This document shows, one piece after another, positions 50,691 to 60,533 of a stretch of DNA of 64,000 nucleotides (its first letter is position 1; each line of letters begins with the position of its first letter). A program made the translations under genes and the position numbers. Source of the DNA: Candidatus Spongiisociaceae bacterium (GTDB lineage Bacteria; Actinomycetota; Acidimicrobiia; Spongiisociales; Spongiisociaceae). The stretch covers positions 256,001-320,000 of the forward strand of contig OZ241841.1 of NCBI GenBank assembly GCA_965202665.1, written 5' to 3'. The notes under the pieces are model-generated. The model was not told where the DNA came from and did not search any database. It saw only the letters and a list, made by a program, of their open reading frames with translations.

Positions 50691-51662
50691 TTATTCTATT
50701 GGTAAAAGACCGGATGTGGGATGACTCAGTCGACTGAGGGCTTTCTTTTCCAATTGCCGAATCCGTTCTCTTGTCAAACCATATTTGGAGCCTATTTGCT
50801 CAAGCGTATGACGTTTATTTCCGTTGAGAGCAAAACGGAGACTTAGAATCACTTGTTCCCGAGCAGGAAGGTTTTGAAATCTGGTCAGAAACGGTTGATC
50901 TAACATACTTTCTTCGATATAGCGAAGTTGATCCATCGAGCTAACCTCCTCTAAATAATCAACTAATCGATAAGTTTCTTGGAATATAGTTGGATTATCG
51001 GGATCGTCTATTTTGGGTTTGGAATCAAAGATTGGAGAAAGTTCATTAAGTATTTCATCCCATTTCACCATATCCTCCAAAGCATCTCGCATACGAAGAA
51101 TCTTGATCAAGGGCAATTCCAAATATTGACTCATCTGTTCCGGGGCTGGCGGTTCGCCAGTCACTTCATATCTATTGTTATATATTTTTTGATACTTATA
51201 CACCTCTTTCCAATTATGTACGGGGATGCGTATTGTGTGAGAATGATTTTGAATTTCCTGGGTTATAGCCTGCCGTATCCACCAAACAGCATAGGTTGAG
51301 AACTTGGTCCCCCTACGCCAATCCCATTTTTCCACCGCTCTGATCAAACCAAGGTTGCCCGCCTGTATTAAGTCAAGTAGTTCTATGCCGGAATCATCAA
51401 ATTTTCTTTGCGCCTGACTGACCACTAGCCGCAGATTAGCGGTCAAAAACCTGTTTTTAGCATCTCGCGCCCCCCGTCTTCTGCGGGCAACTTCCCGACA
51501 CGAGGGCTCATCAAGTATGATGACTCCTTTTTCCAACAGACGCTCCGTCCGTTGCGCCTTCTCCATGATTTTGGCTAACGCCACCTCCTCCTCGGCTGTC
51601 AGCAAATCGTGCTGTCGGACACTGGCCAGATAGGTTTCAAGCGGATCCAGATCAGCAGACAT
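50691..51662 (-). CDS. Low-GC RpoD/SigB-like sigma-70 factor
   Basis: ANLRLVV, DLIQAGNLGLIRAVEK, FSTYAVWWIRQAI and LTRERIRQLE. Confidence 0.92.
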   Translation of the reverse strand: MSADLDPLETYLASVRQHDLLTAEEEVALAKIMEKAQRTERLLEKGVIILDEPSCREVARRRRGARDAKNRFLTANLRLVVSQAQRKFDDSGIELLDLIQAGNLGLIRAVEKWDWRRGTKFSTYAVWWIRQAITQEIQNHSHTIRIPVHNWKEVYKYQKIYNNRYEVTGEPPAPEQMSQYLELPLIKILRMRDALEDMVKWDEILNELSPIFDSKPKIDDPDNPTIFQETYRLVDYLEEVSSMDQLRYIEESMLDQPFLTRFQNLPAREQVILSLRFALNGNKRHTLEQIGSKYGLTRERIRQLEKKALSRLSHPTSGLLPIE

Positions 51663-51680
51663 CGGCCCTCCCGATAAACG

Positions 51681-52400
51681 CTATCCCGAGGCGGCGGTTA
51701 GGGAGGATAGGGGGGTTTCCAGGTGGTATTCCATGAACCGGCGGGCTATGCCGGCGGCGTCGGCGGAGGCGGGGCCGTCGCCTTCGGTCAGGTCCTCCAA
51801 GCGGGTTTCGGCCAGGCGGACCAGATGGCGGTCCAAGCCGGGGCGCAGGCGCACCGCCCCCGGCTTCTGGCATCGGCCGCACACCATCCCCCCGCCGGAC
51901 ACGCTGAACCGGCCCAGGGAATCCTCCCTCCCGCACTCGGCGCAGTTGCGCAAAGCCGGGGCCTGCCCCAGGGCGTCGGCCAACTGCAACAGGAAAGCGG
52001 CCATCAGGTCGTTGCCCCTGACGCCCCCCTCCAAAGCGGCCAGGCCCCGTTGCAGCAACAGAAACATCCGCAGGGACGGCTCGCCTTCCACCGTGGCCTT
52101 GTCCGCCGCCTCGGCCATGGCCCCCGCCGCCAGCACCGCCTCCAGTTCCAGGCGCAACCGGGGATGGGCCTCCACCACCGACGCCCCGGTGATGGTGTCC
52201 AGGTTGCGCCCCTCGTACAGCACCAGATCCACATGGGTGAGCGGCTCCAACCGGGCCCCAAAACGGCTTTTTGTTTTGCGCACCCCTTTGGCCACCGCCC
52301 GGATTTTCCCGTGATTGGGGGTGAGCAGCACCACCACCCGGTCGGCCTCCCCGAACGGATAGCCGCGCAACACGATCCCCTGGTCATTGCGCAACGACAT
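51681..52400 (-). CDS. recO: DNA repair protein RecO
   Basis: GEADRVV, AVAKGVRKTKSRFG and a C4 zinc finger. Confidence 0.93.
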   Translation of the reverse strand: MSLRNDQGIVLRGYPFGEADRVVVLLTPNHGKIRAVAKGVRKTKSRFGARLEPLTHVDLVLYEGRNLDTITGASVVEAHPRLRLELEAVLAAGAMAEAADKATVEGEPSLRMFLLLQRGLAALEGGVRGNDLMAAFLLQLADALGQAPALRNCAECGREDSLGRFSVSGGGMVCGRCQKPGAVRLRPGLDRHLVRLAETRLEDLTEGDGPASADAAGIARRFMEYHLETPLSSLTAASG

Positions 52401-52475
52401 TCCGTCAGGCTACCCTCCGCCCCCGCCCAAAGCGCGGTTATCCCCCGGCCGGGAACGCCGGTAGAATAACCCCTC

Positions 52476-52754
52476 ATGACGCTCGACCGAGCCTCCCGGC
52501 AGGTTTTCCAAGCCGCCCACCCCGACTGGGCCGCGGATGGGGAAACCATCGCCCGCACCTTCGTCTTCCCCGACTTCGCGCAGGCGGTCGGGTTCGTCGC
52601 CGCGGTGGGGGTGCTGGCCGAAAAAGCCTTTCACCATCCCGACATCGACATCCGTTACAACCGGGTGACGCTGGCCCTCACCACCCACGACCAAGGCGGC
52701 CTGACCGAAAAAGACACCGCCCTGGCCGCCCAGATAGACCAACTCTTCCAGTAA
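52476..52754 (+). CDS. Pterin-4-alpha-carbinolamine dehydratase
   Basis: HHPDI and THDQGGLTEKD. Confidence 0.9.
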   Translation: MTLDRASRQVFQAAHPDWAADGETIARTFVFPDFAQAVGFVAAVGVLAEKAFHHPDIDIRYNRVTLALTTHDQGGLTEKDTALAAQIDQLFQ

Positions 52755-52813
52755 CTTCCAACTTCCCCGAAAAACCGGGTCCGACCGGCAAGGTTCCACC
52801 CCGGGCCCTCCGA

Positions 52814-53764
52814 TTACAGGCCGAGCCGTTGAATAATCTCCGGACGGCTCTGCCAGTCCCGCTCCACTTTCACCCGCAAGTCCAGGAAAATCTTGCGGCC
52901 CAGGCGGGCCTCCAACTCCCGGCGGGCCAGAATCCCCGCTTCTTTCAACAACGACCCGCCGGCCCCGATGACGATCCCCTTCTGGGAGTTGCGCTCCACG
53001 TAGATCACCGCCCCCACCCGCAACAGGTTCCCGCCGCCCGCCTCCTCCAGCTCGGAAACCACCGCCACCGAATGGGGCAACTCCTCCCGCAACCGCCCCA
53101 GCAGCTTCTCCCGTATGATTTCGGAGACCATCACCTCCGGCGGCTGGTCGCTGACCTGCCCTTCCGGGAAAAAAGCCGGGCCGGCCGGCAAACGGGAAAC
53201 CACCTCGTCCGCCACCCGTTCCAGGCCGTCCCCGGTGCGGGCGGAGACCGGCACGTAGGCCCCGAAGTCCCACAGGGCGGCTTGCGCCAAACGCTCGGCC
53301 ACCTGTTCTTTGCCCGTCTTGTCCACCTTGTTGAGGACCGCCACCACCCCCTCCGGCGGGACCTCCTCCCGCAAACGGTCGGCGGTCATCCGATCCCCCG
53401 GTCCGATGGGGGCGGAGACGTCGAATACGGCCAAAACGCAGTCCGCTTCGGACAGGGCCCGGTACACGGCCTCGTTCAAACGTTTCCCCAAAGCGGTGCG
53501 GGGCTTGTGCAAGCCGGGGGTGTCCACCAGTATCGCCTGCGACGTCCGCGCCGCGGCCCCTCCCGCCCCACCCCCGTCCTGCTGGTAAAGGTTCATCACC
53601 CCCCGGGAGACGAAGCGAGTGGTCTGCGGACGCCGGGAGGTGATGGAAACTTTCTCGCCGACCAGGGCGTTGACCAGGGTGGATTTGCCCACGTTGGGGC
53701 GGCCCGCCACCACCGCCAGACCGGACTTGTGTTCCCCGCCCGGCCGGGTTTTATTTGCCGTCAA
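52814..53764 (-). CDS. era: GTPase Era
   Basis: GRPNVGKST, PQTTR, DTPG, NKVD, ELPH and a KH domain; start inferred. Confidence 0.94.
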   Translation of the reverse strand: MTANKTRPGGEHKSGLAVVAGRPNVGKSTLVNALVGEKVSITSRRPQTTRFVSRGVMNLYQQDGGGAGGAAARTSQAILVDTPGLHKPRTALGKRLNEAVYRALSEADCVLAVFDVSAPIGPGDRMTADRLREEVPPEGVVAVLNKVDKTGKEQVAERLAQAALWDFGAYVPVSARTGDGLERVADEVVSRLPAGPAFFPEGQVSDQPPEVMVSEIIREKLLGRLREELPHSVAVVSELEEAGGGNLLRVGAVIYVERNSQKGIVIGAGGSLLKEAGILARRELEARLGRKIFLDLRVKVERDWQSRPEIIQRLGL

Positions 53765-54947
53765 CCGGCGGCTCCAAAACCTGCACCCGCACCCGCTCCA
53801 CCCGGCGCCCCTGCACCCGCTCGGAGGTGAGACGCGCCCCCCCGTATTCAAAACTTTCCCCGATGTTGGGCACCCGTCCGGCCAAACCGAGCACCAGCCC
53901 GCCCACCGTGTCCCACTCCTCGTCCGGGAGTTGGCCGCCGATCATCCGGTTCAGGTCGTCCACCGCGAACCGGGCGTCCACCAGGTAGGCCCCGTCCTCC
54001 AAAGTCTGCACCATGGGCGGTTCGTTGTCGTATTCATCCACGATCTCCCCCACCAGTTCCTCCAACAGGTCTTCGATGGTCACCAGCCCGGCGGTGCCTC
54101 CGAACTCGTCCACCGCCACCGCCATATGCACCTGCGAGGTTTGCATCTCGCGCAACAACCCCCGCACCGTTTTGGTTTCAGGCACGAAATGCACCGGGCG
54201 GATAATTTCCGGCAAAGGGGTGTCGGGCGAATATTCGCCCACCAGGCGCAACAGGTCTTTGGCGTACAGCAAACCGATGATGTCGTCCGCCCCTTCGCCG
54301 GTCACCGGGATCCGGGAAAAACCGCTCCCCACCGCCTGCTCGCGGGCTTCCCGCATGGTCAGGCCGGAGGACAGGGTGACCATGTCGGTGCGGGGCACCA
54401 TCACTTCCCGTACGATGGCGTCGGAGAATTCCAGCACCGAGGAAATCAGGCGTATTTCCTCCCGGTCGGCCTCGTCGTGGTCGTAATCCGGATGGGGCTC
54501 CGGCTCATCGTCTTCGTCGATGACCAGATCCACGGTGCGCCGGCCCACCGCTATGGCCGCCGTCAGCAGCCACCAAAACCAGTAGGCCACCCGTCGGGGA
54601 TGGCTACGGCCGAAAGTGCGGGGAAATAATTCCACTAAAGCCACCAAACCGGCCCCGAAAGCCAGCAGGGCGAAAGCCAAAGCCCATCCGCTGAACACCA
54701 TCACCGCCGCCCACACCGCCGGCATCACCGCCATAGCCAGCAACACGGAATGCACCAGGGAGATGGAGGGTTGGATGCTGGCCCGGTCTTCCAGCAACCG
54801 GGCTACCGCCGCCGCCCGCCGGTTGCCTTCGGCCGCGTCATGCAAAGCGTCCGCCCGGGGAGTGCGCACCAGCGACGCCCCCGCCGCCCGCAACGACCCG
54901 GCCGCGGCCACCATCACCCCGGTGATCGCCAGCGCTAAAAGTATCAT
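53751..54947 (-). CDS. CNNM/CBS/CorC hemolysin-family transporter-associated protein
   Basis: TM region, VMVPRTD, FSRIPV and VDEFGGTAGLVTIEDLLEELVGEI. Confidence 0.92.
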   Translation of the reverse strand: MILLALAITGVMVAAAGSLRAAGASLVRTPRADALHDAAEGNRRAAAVARLLEDRASIQPSISLVHSVLLAMAVMPAVWAAVMVFSGWALAFALLAFGAGLVALVELFPRTFGRSHPRRVAYWFWWLLTAAIAVGRRTVDLVIDEDDEPEPHPDYDHDEADREEIRLISSVLEFSDAIVREVMVPRTDMVTLSSGLTMREAREQAVGSGFSRIPVTGEGADDIIGLLYAKDLLRLVGEYSPDTPLPEIIRPVHFVPETKTVRGLLREMQTSQVHMAVAVDEFGGTAGLVTIEDLLEELVGEIVDEYDNEPPMVQTLEDGAYLVDARFAVDDLNRMIGGQLPDEEWDTVGGLVLGLAGRVPNIGESFEYGGARLTSERVQGRRVERVRVQVLEPPVDGK

Positions 54948-55411
54948 TCCCGGACTCCGGCCAACCCCGCCTCGGAGAGGGCCTCCCGTTGCCGGTTTTC
55001 CATCCGCCGGGCCTGCCCGGACCGCTCATGGTCGTAACCGAGCAGGTGCAGGAGGCCGTGCGCCACCGTCAGTCCCAATTCGTATTCAGGGTCGGTTCCG
55101 CCGGCGGACGCCCGGCGGCGCACGTAGGCGGGGGCGGCGAACACGTCCCCCAGGTTGAGGGGGGCTCCGCCGGTGTCCGGCCATCCCCCGCCCGGTCGCA
55201 GGTTTTCTATAGGCAGGGACAGCACGTCGGTGGGGCCCTCCCGTCCCAGGTACCGGCGGTTGAGATCGGCCATCCGGCCGTCGTCTACGAAAAAAATTCC
55301 CACCTGGGCGTGGTCCGGCAGACCTTCCCGCTCCAACACCAACTCGGCCAGCTTCCTCAACCGGCCGGCCGGTAAAGGAACGTCCTGTTCGTCCGCTAAA
55401 TGAATGTCCAC
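54944..55411 (-). CDS. ybeY: rRNA maturation RNase YbeY
   Basis: PTDVLS and HGLLHLLGYDH. Confidence 0.94.
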   Translation of the reverse strand: MDIHLADEQDVPLPAGRLRKLAELVLEREGLPDHAQVGIFFVDDGRMADLNRRYLGREGPTDVLSLPIENLRPGGGWPDTGGAPLNLGDVFAAPAYVRRRASAGGTDPEYELGLTVAHGLLHLLGYDHERSGQARRMENRQREALSEAGLAGVRE

Positions 55412-55462
55412 GAGTCCCGCCAGGCTAACAGAACCGCCCGTCTAAGAGAGCCCGGCCCGGTC

Positions 55463-58243
55463 TTACCAGTCATCGCCGCGGTTCTCATAGGCTGTTTCAT
55501 ACTCCCCCATCTCATACTCCCCGCTTTCATATGCGACCGGGGAACCATCTCCCTTGGGGAAGTTCGGATAGTCGATGCGCGGGTGGTAGTGGCCGCTGGC
55601 CAGCGCATCCACCATGGCTTCTTTGGCCGCCGTCAGATCGCCCAGCGTTAATTCGCTTTCCGACAGTTGCCCGTCGGACACTTTCACCCCCACCACCCGC
55701 TCCACCACATCGGCAATTTTCCCCACCGTGGGATCTTCCTTCTCGAACGTGGCCCGGCACGCCGCTTCCACCGAGTCGGCCATCATCACCAGGGCCATCT
55801 CTTTGCGCACCGGTTTGCTTCCAGTGTGGCGGTAATCCTCCACGTTAACCGCCTCCGCCCCGTACATTTCCACCGCCTTGTCGTAGAAGAAGTGCATCAC
55901 CCCGTCGCCGTGATGGGTGCGCACCGCCGCCGCCACCTCGGAGGGGATGCGGTAGCGCCGGGCCAGTTCCACCCCGTGTTCGACATGGCTTCTGATCACT
56001 TCGGCCGAGTGCTCGGGGGGCAGATCGTCATGCGGGTTGCGCTTCCCGTGCTGGTTTTCGATGAAATAATAGGGGGCGCGGGTTTTGCCCAAATCGTGAT
56101 AATAGGCGGCGGCCCGGGCCAGCAACGGGTCGGCCCCGATGGCCCGGGCGGCCCGGTCGGCCAGGGTGCCCACCAACAGCGAATGGTTGAAGGTGCCCGG
56201 GGCTTTCTCCTCCAACAGGCGCAGGGCGGGATGGTTGCGGTCGGTGAGGTCCAAAAGCCGCAGGGAAGTGGTCAGATCGAAGGCGATTTCCAAAAAGGAC
56301 AACAGGGCGCTGCCCAAAAGCCCGGACGCGAACCCGTTCAGGGCCCCGATGCCGATCACCGTCAGCAGATTGGCGTCCACTTGGAAAAACCAGGCTATGC
56401 CGCCCGCCAGCGCCCCCAGCATCACCACCATGTACAGCACCGCCATCCGCAACGCCCCCCGGGCGGATATGGCGGAGACGAAGAGCACCGGGACCAGGGT
56501 GGAAAGCAGGGCGAACAGGGCGTGGGCGGGGTCCAGGGTGGCGATGGCCGTCATGGAGCCGGTCGTCACCGCGAACAGGACCGCTATCCGGGCGTCGAAG
56601 AGGATGGCGGACATCAAACCGAAGGCGGCGGCCGGCACTAGGAAACCGAGGGCCGGGTTGGCGTCGGTGAACAGGGCCGCGCTGCGGGCGGAGAGGGCAA
56701 CCAGCACGATCAGCAACCCCACCAGGGACAGGCGGCGCAGCGAACCCCACACCGCCGGTCGGAAGCGCATCAAGTAGGCCCACAGCAACCCCACCACCAT
56801 CATCACCACCACCGCCAAGGCGATGTATCCGGGAGCGGCCAGCCCCAGGGCCCCCGCCGCCTGCAGCAACCGCATGTCTTCGTCGGTTATCTCCGCCCCC
56901 GCTTCCACGATTACCGTGCCCGCCTCGTATTCGATCATGGCCGGCTCCACCGCGTCGGACGCCTCCGCCCGCAACCGTTCGGTTTCCGCATCGTCCACCG
57001 TTTTGTTGGCCTGCAGCAGTTCGGTGGCCACCTGCGTCACCACCCCCGACACCGAGCGCCACATCTCCGGGTCGGCGTCGGGGAGTTGCACCAGCACGGT
57101 GCGCAGGCGGTAGTCCTGTTTCACATCGGACAGTTCCTCGTTGGCGATGCCCCCGTTTTGGGCCAAAGCCTCCCCGGCCAGGCGGGCCGTTTCCTGCTCC
57201 ACCAGATCCAACCAGGACTGCCGGCCCAGTATTTCCCGCAGCACGTCCCGTTCGGCCAAATCCACCAGCGTCACGATGGCGTCCTCCGGCAGCAGATGAC
57301 GGCCGGTGCGCAGGGTTTCCAACCGGGTCTGCCGGGGGGTGATCTGCATCCACAGGGGAAGGGGATCCAGGGCCAAGGTTCCGCCTTCGGGCAACTCCAC
57401 CGTCCGCAACAGACGGTCGGAGGTGGTAGTGAGCCGGTCGGGGACGGTGGAGGTGTCCACCAGCAAGGTGGCCGGACCGGGGGCCAGGCCGGTCAGGATG
57501 AAGGAGCCGCGGGGGGAGGTGTTGGCCGAATACTGGTCGCCGGCGGAGTCGTAGGCCACCAGCCGCACATCGCCCAGCCCGGCGTCCGGGTCTTCGTCGT
57601 AGGTCACGTTCAAGCCGACGTCCACGAACACCCTCCCGCTGATTCCCGACGATCGGACGATGTCGGGAATGGTGGGCCCCGGGGCCGGTTGCGCCTGTTC
57701 CGTTACGGGCGGGGCGGCGGGTTCCCCGCCCTCCCCGGCCGCGGTTGTTTCCGGCGCGCCTTCCTCGGGGGGTGTTTCCCCTTCCCCGGCCCCGGTCTCA
57801 TCGGGAGCGGCGCCCTCCGCCGAGTCATCAGCGGGGACGGAGGTCGTGGTGGCGGGCGCGGCGGTGGTAACGGGCGCGGTGGTGGGGGGGGCGAGGGTGG
57901 TGGAGGTGGTTACGACCGGCAGGGGTTGGGCGTCGGCCGGAACCGTGTCCTCTTTCACTCCCCGGAACAGGGACCGTATTTCCTCGATCACCAGCTGGTC
58001 CACGCTTTCGTCCCGCCGGTGGACGGGGGCTACGGCCGCCGCCGCTTCCGCCCGCAGCTGTTCCGTCCGCGCCTCGTCTTCGATGGAAAAGTCGTTTTCG
58101 GCTATGTAAGCCTCCGGGGCCCGTTGCCCGGCCTCGGCGGTGGTGAAACGCTGGCCGATCAGCAACGAGGCGCACGACAGGCCGGTCACCAGCAACAGCA
58201 ACAGCAACCGGACCAGGAAAGAGCGGGAGGCCATGGTTCTCAT
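55463..58243 (-). CDS. 7TM-HD phosphohydrolase (PgpH-like) with expanded extracellular region
   Basis: APGTFNHS, YYHDLGK, YFIENQ, HHG and ADSVEAA; multi-TM segment; between phoH and ybeY. Confidence 0.88.
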   Translation of the reverse strand: MRTMASRSFLVRLLLLLLVTGLSCASLLIGQRFTTAEAGQRAPEAYIAENDFSIEDEARTEQLRAEAAAAVAPVHRRDESVDQLVIEEIRSLFRGVKEDTVPADAQPLPVVTTSTTLAPPTTAPVTTAAPATTTSVPADDSAEGAAPDETGAGEGETPPEEGAPETTAAGEGGEPAAPPVTEQAQPAPGPTIPDIVRSSGISGRVFVDVGLNVTYDEDPDAGLGDVRLVAYDSAGDQYSANTSPRGSFILTGLAPGPATLLVDTSTVPDRLTTTSDRLLRTVELPEGGTLALDPLPLWMQITPRQTRLETLRTGRHLLPEDAIVTLVDLAERDVLREILGRQSWLDLVEQETARLAGEALAQNGGIANEELSDVKQDYRLRTVLVQLPDADPEMWRSVSGVVTQVATELLQANKTVDDAETERLRAEASDAVEPAMIEYEAGTVIVEAGAEITDEDMRLLQAAGALGLAAPGYIALAVVVMMVVGLLWAYLMRFRPAVWGSLRRLSLVGLLIVLVALSARSAALFTDANPALGFLVPAAAFGLMSAILFDARIAVLFAVTTGSMTAIATLDPAHALFALLSTLVPVLFVSAISARGALRMAVLYMVVMLGALAGGIAWFFQVDANLLTVIGIGALNGFASGLLGSALLSFLEIAFDLTTSLRLLDLTDRNHPALRLLEEKAPGTFNHSLLVGTLADRAARAIGADPLLARAAAYYHDLGKTRAPYYFIENQHGKRNPHDDLPPEHSAEVIRSHVEHGVELARRYRIPSEVAAAVRTHHGDGVMHFFYDKAVEMYGAEAVNVEDYRHTGSKPVRKEMALVMMADSVEAACRATFEKEDPTVGKIADVVERVVGVKVSDGQLSESELTLGDLTAAKEAMVDALASGHYHPRIDYPNFPKGDGSPVAYESGEYEMGEYETAYENRGDDW

Positions 58244-59247
58244 CGGCTTTTCTTTTTTCCGCCGACCCGTTCCGCCGCCTGGTAGGCCTCGATTATGGAG
58301 GCCACGATCCGGTGCCGCACCACGTCGGCGCTGGACAGGCGCACCACCGCCACATCCGGGATGGAAGCCAGAATGGACCCGGCGTGGTTGAGGCCGGAAC
58401 GGCGGTCGGGGGGGAGATCCACTTGCGTGTCGTCCCCGGTGATGACCATTTTCGAGTTGAAGCCCAGCCGGGTGAGGAACATTTTCATCTGGGCGGGGGA
58501 GGTGTTTTGGGCTTCGTCCAGAATGACCATGGCGTCGTTGAGGGTGCGCCCCCGCATATAGGCCAGGGGGGCGATTTCAATCTCCCCCCGCTCCATGCGC
58601 CGGGACACCTCCTCGGAACCCAGCATTTCATACAGGGCGTCGTACAGGGGGCGCAGATAAGGGTTGATTTTGGCTTCCAGATCGCCGGGCAGAAAACCCA
58701 GCCGCTCCCCCGCTTCCACCGCCGGACGGGTCAACACGATGCGCCGAACCGCTTCTCCCAGCAGGGACTCCACCGCCGCCGCCATCGCCAGATAGGTTTT
58801 GCCGGTGCCCGCCGGGCCGATGCCGAACACCAGGGTATGGTCGCGGATGGCGGAAACGTAACGGTGCTGGCCCACCGTTTTGGGGCGGATGAGTTTGCCG
58901 CGGCCCACCGCCACCGCCTCCCCCAGCACCCCGCTGGGCGAAGCCCCGGCGTCGTCGTTGATCATGGAAATCACCCGGCGCACCCCGTCTTCCTCCAAAG
59001 GGTGGCCTTGCTGCACCAAAAGGAGCATTTCCTCCACCGCCTTGTAGGCGCGGCGGGCCGGGTCTTCCCCGCCGCTGAACATCAACTGGTCGCCGCGGGC
59101 CACGATGTCCACTTCGGGAAAAGCCGATTCCAGGGCCCGTAAGTGGCGGTCGTGTTCGCCCAGCAAGTCGACCATCAAGCCGACGCTGGGAACGCGCAGG
59201 GAAAAACGGGACGCGGCCGGGGGCATCAGGGGAACCTGGGGAAGCAT
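58240..59247 (-). CDS. phoH: PhoH-like ATPase
   Basis: GPAGTGKT, RPAVEAGE, YMRGRT and DEAQN. Confidence 0.94.
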   Translation of the reverse strand: MLPQVPLMPPAASRFSLRVPSVGLMVDLLGEHDRHLRALESAFPEVDIVARGDQLMFSGGEDPARRAYKAVEEMLLLVQQGHPLEEDGVRRVISMINDDAGASPSGVLGEAVAVGRGKLIRPKTVGQHRYVSAIRDHTLVFGIGPAGTGKTYLAMAAAVESLLGEAVRRIVLTRPAVEAGERLGFLPGDLEAKINPYLRPLYDALYEMLGSEEVSRRMERGEIEIAPLAYMRGRTLNDAMVILDEAQNTSPAQMKMFLTRLGFNSKMVITGDDTQVDLPPDRRSGLNHAGSILASIPDVAVVRLSSADVVRHRIVASIIEAYQAAERVGGKKKSR

Positions 59248-59400
59248 AGGTTGGGATGTTCTGTAAGTTCCCTCTTAGTTATGGTCACTTCCCTCTTGAT
59301 TATAACCGGTTTGCGTTTCCCCTTGAAACATCAACCAACAACCGGCGACCGACAACGGGTTGCGTGGGCGAGGGGCGGGCGGAGGCGGTCGCTTACCCGG

Positions 59401-60480
59401 TCAGCCCAGCACCTGCTCGCCCCGGGCGTCGGCGTAGCGGCGCAGGATTTCTTTTTCCGACCGGCCCAGTTTGCGGGGGACATCCACTTCCACCTGCAGG
59501 AACATGTCCCCCCTTCCGCGCCGGCCCAACCGTCCGGTTCCTTCGCCCCGCAGCCGGATCATCTCCCCCGGCTGGGTTCCGGCGGGGAGGCGCACCTGCT
59601 CGGTTTTTCCCCCCAGCAGCGGTATCTCCACTTCCGTCCCCAGGGCGGCGGCGGCTATCCCGATTCGTATCTGATAGAACAGATCCGACCCCCGCCGGGT
59701 GAAAAGTTGGTGCGGGCGCACCGTCAGATCCACGTACAGATCGCCGGGGGCCGCCCCCCGCGCCCCATCCTCCCCTTTCCGTCCGATGCGCAGGCGGGTG
59801 CCGTCTTCCGCCCCGGGCGGGATTTCCACTTCCGTCTCCCGTATTCCTTCGGTTACCCCCGCCCCGGAACAGTCGGCGCACCGGTCTTCAATGACCGTGC
59901 CCGCGCCGGAGCAGTCCCGGCAGGCGGCGACCGTCATCATGGAACCGAAGATGCTTTGCCGGGCCACCCGCACCCGCCCCGCCCCGCCGCAGGCGGCGCA
60001 GGTGCGAATGTCGGAACCGGGGCGGGCCCCGGAACCGGAACAGGTTTCGCAGGACACGGCCGCCCGAAACTGCACTGAGCGTTGGCCGCCGAAGGCCGCC
60101 TCCTCCAGTTCCAAAGCCAGCGAAAGGCGGATGTCGCGGCCGCGGGAGCGGGCGCCCTCCCCGGTTCCCTCCCAGCCGGACCCGCCGAACATCCCCCCGT
60201 TCCCGAACACCGAACGCAGCAAATCGTCCAACGATCCCATGCCCGACCCGCCGAAAAGGCTGGAGAAGTCAAAGGTGTCCCCCCGGTCGTAACGGGCCCG
60301 CTTTTCCGGGTCGGACAGCACCTCGTAAGCTTCCGCAACCTTTCGAAACCGGGCTTCGGCGGCCGGGTCGTCCGGATGGGAATCAGGGTGGGTTTCCCGG
60401 GCCAGCTTGCGAAAAGCCCTTTTGATTTCATCCTGTTCGGCGGTGCGCGCCACCCCCAGAATCTCGTAGTAATCGGCCAT
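59401..60480 (-). CDS. dnaJ: Chaperone DnaJ
   Basis: J domain with HPD; four CxxCxGxG repeats. Confidence 0.95.
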   Translation of the reverse strand: MADYYEILGVARTAEQDEIKRAFRKLARETHPDSHPDDPAAEARFRKVAEAYEVLSDPEKRARYDRGDTFDFSSLFGGSGMGSLDDLLRSVFGNGGMFGGSGWEGTGEGARSRGRDIRLSLALELEEAAFGGQRSVQFRAAVSCETCSGSGARPGSDIRTCAACGGAGRVRVARQSIFGSMMTVAACRDCSGAGTVIEDRCADCSGAGVTEGIRETEVEIPPGAEDGTRLRIGRKGEDGARGAAPGDLYVDLTVRPHQLFTRRGSDLFYQIRIGIAAAALGTEVEIPLLGGKTEQVRLPAGTQPGEMIRLRGEGTGRLGRRGRGDMFLQVEVDVPRKLGRSEKEILRRYADARGEQVLG

Positions 60481-60533
60481 GGATATTTATTTACCCGGCG
60501 ACCCGGCTTCGGGAAAAATGCGCCGGGGGGGCA

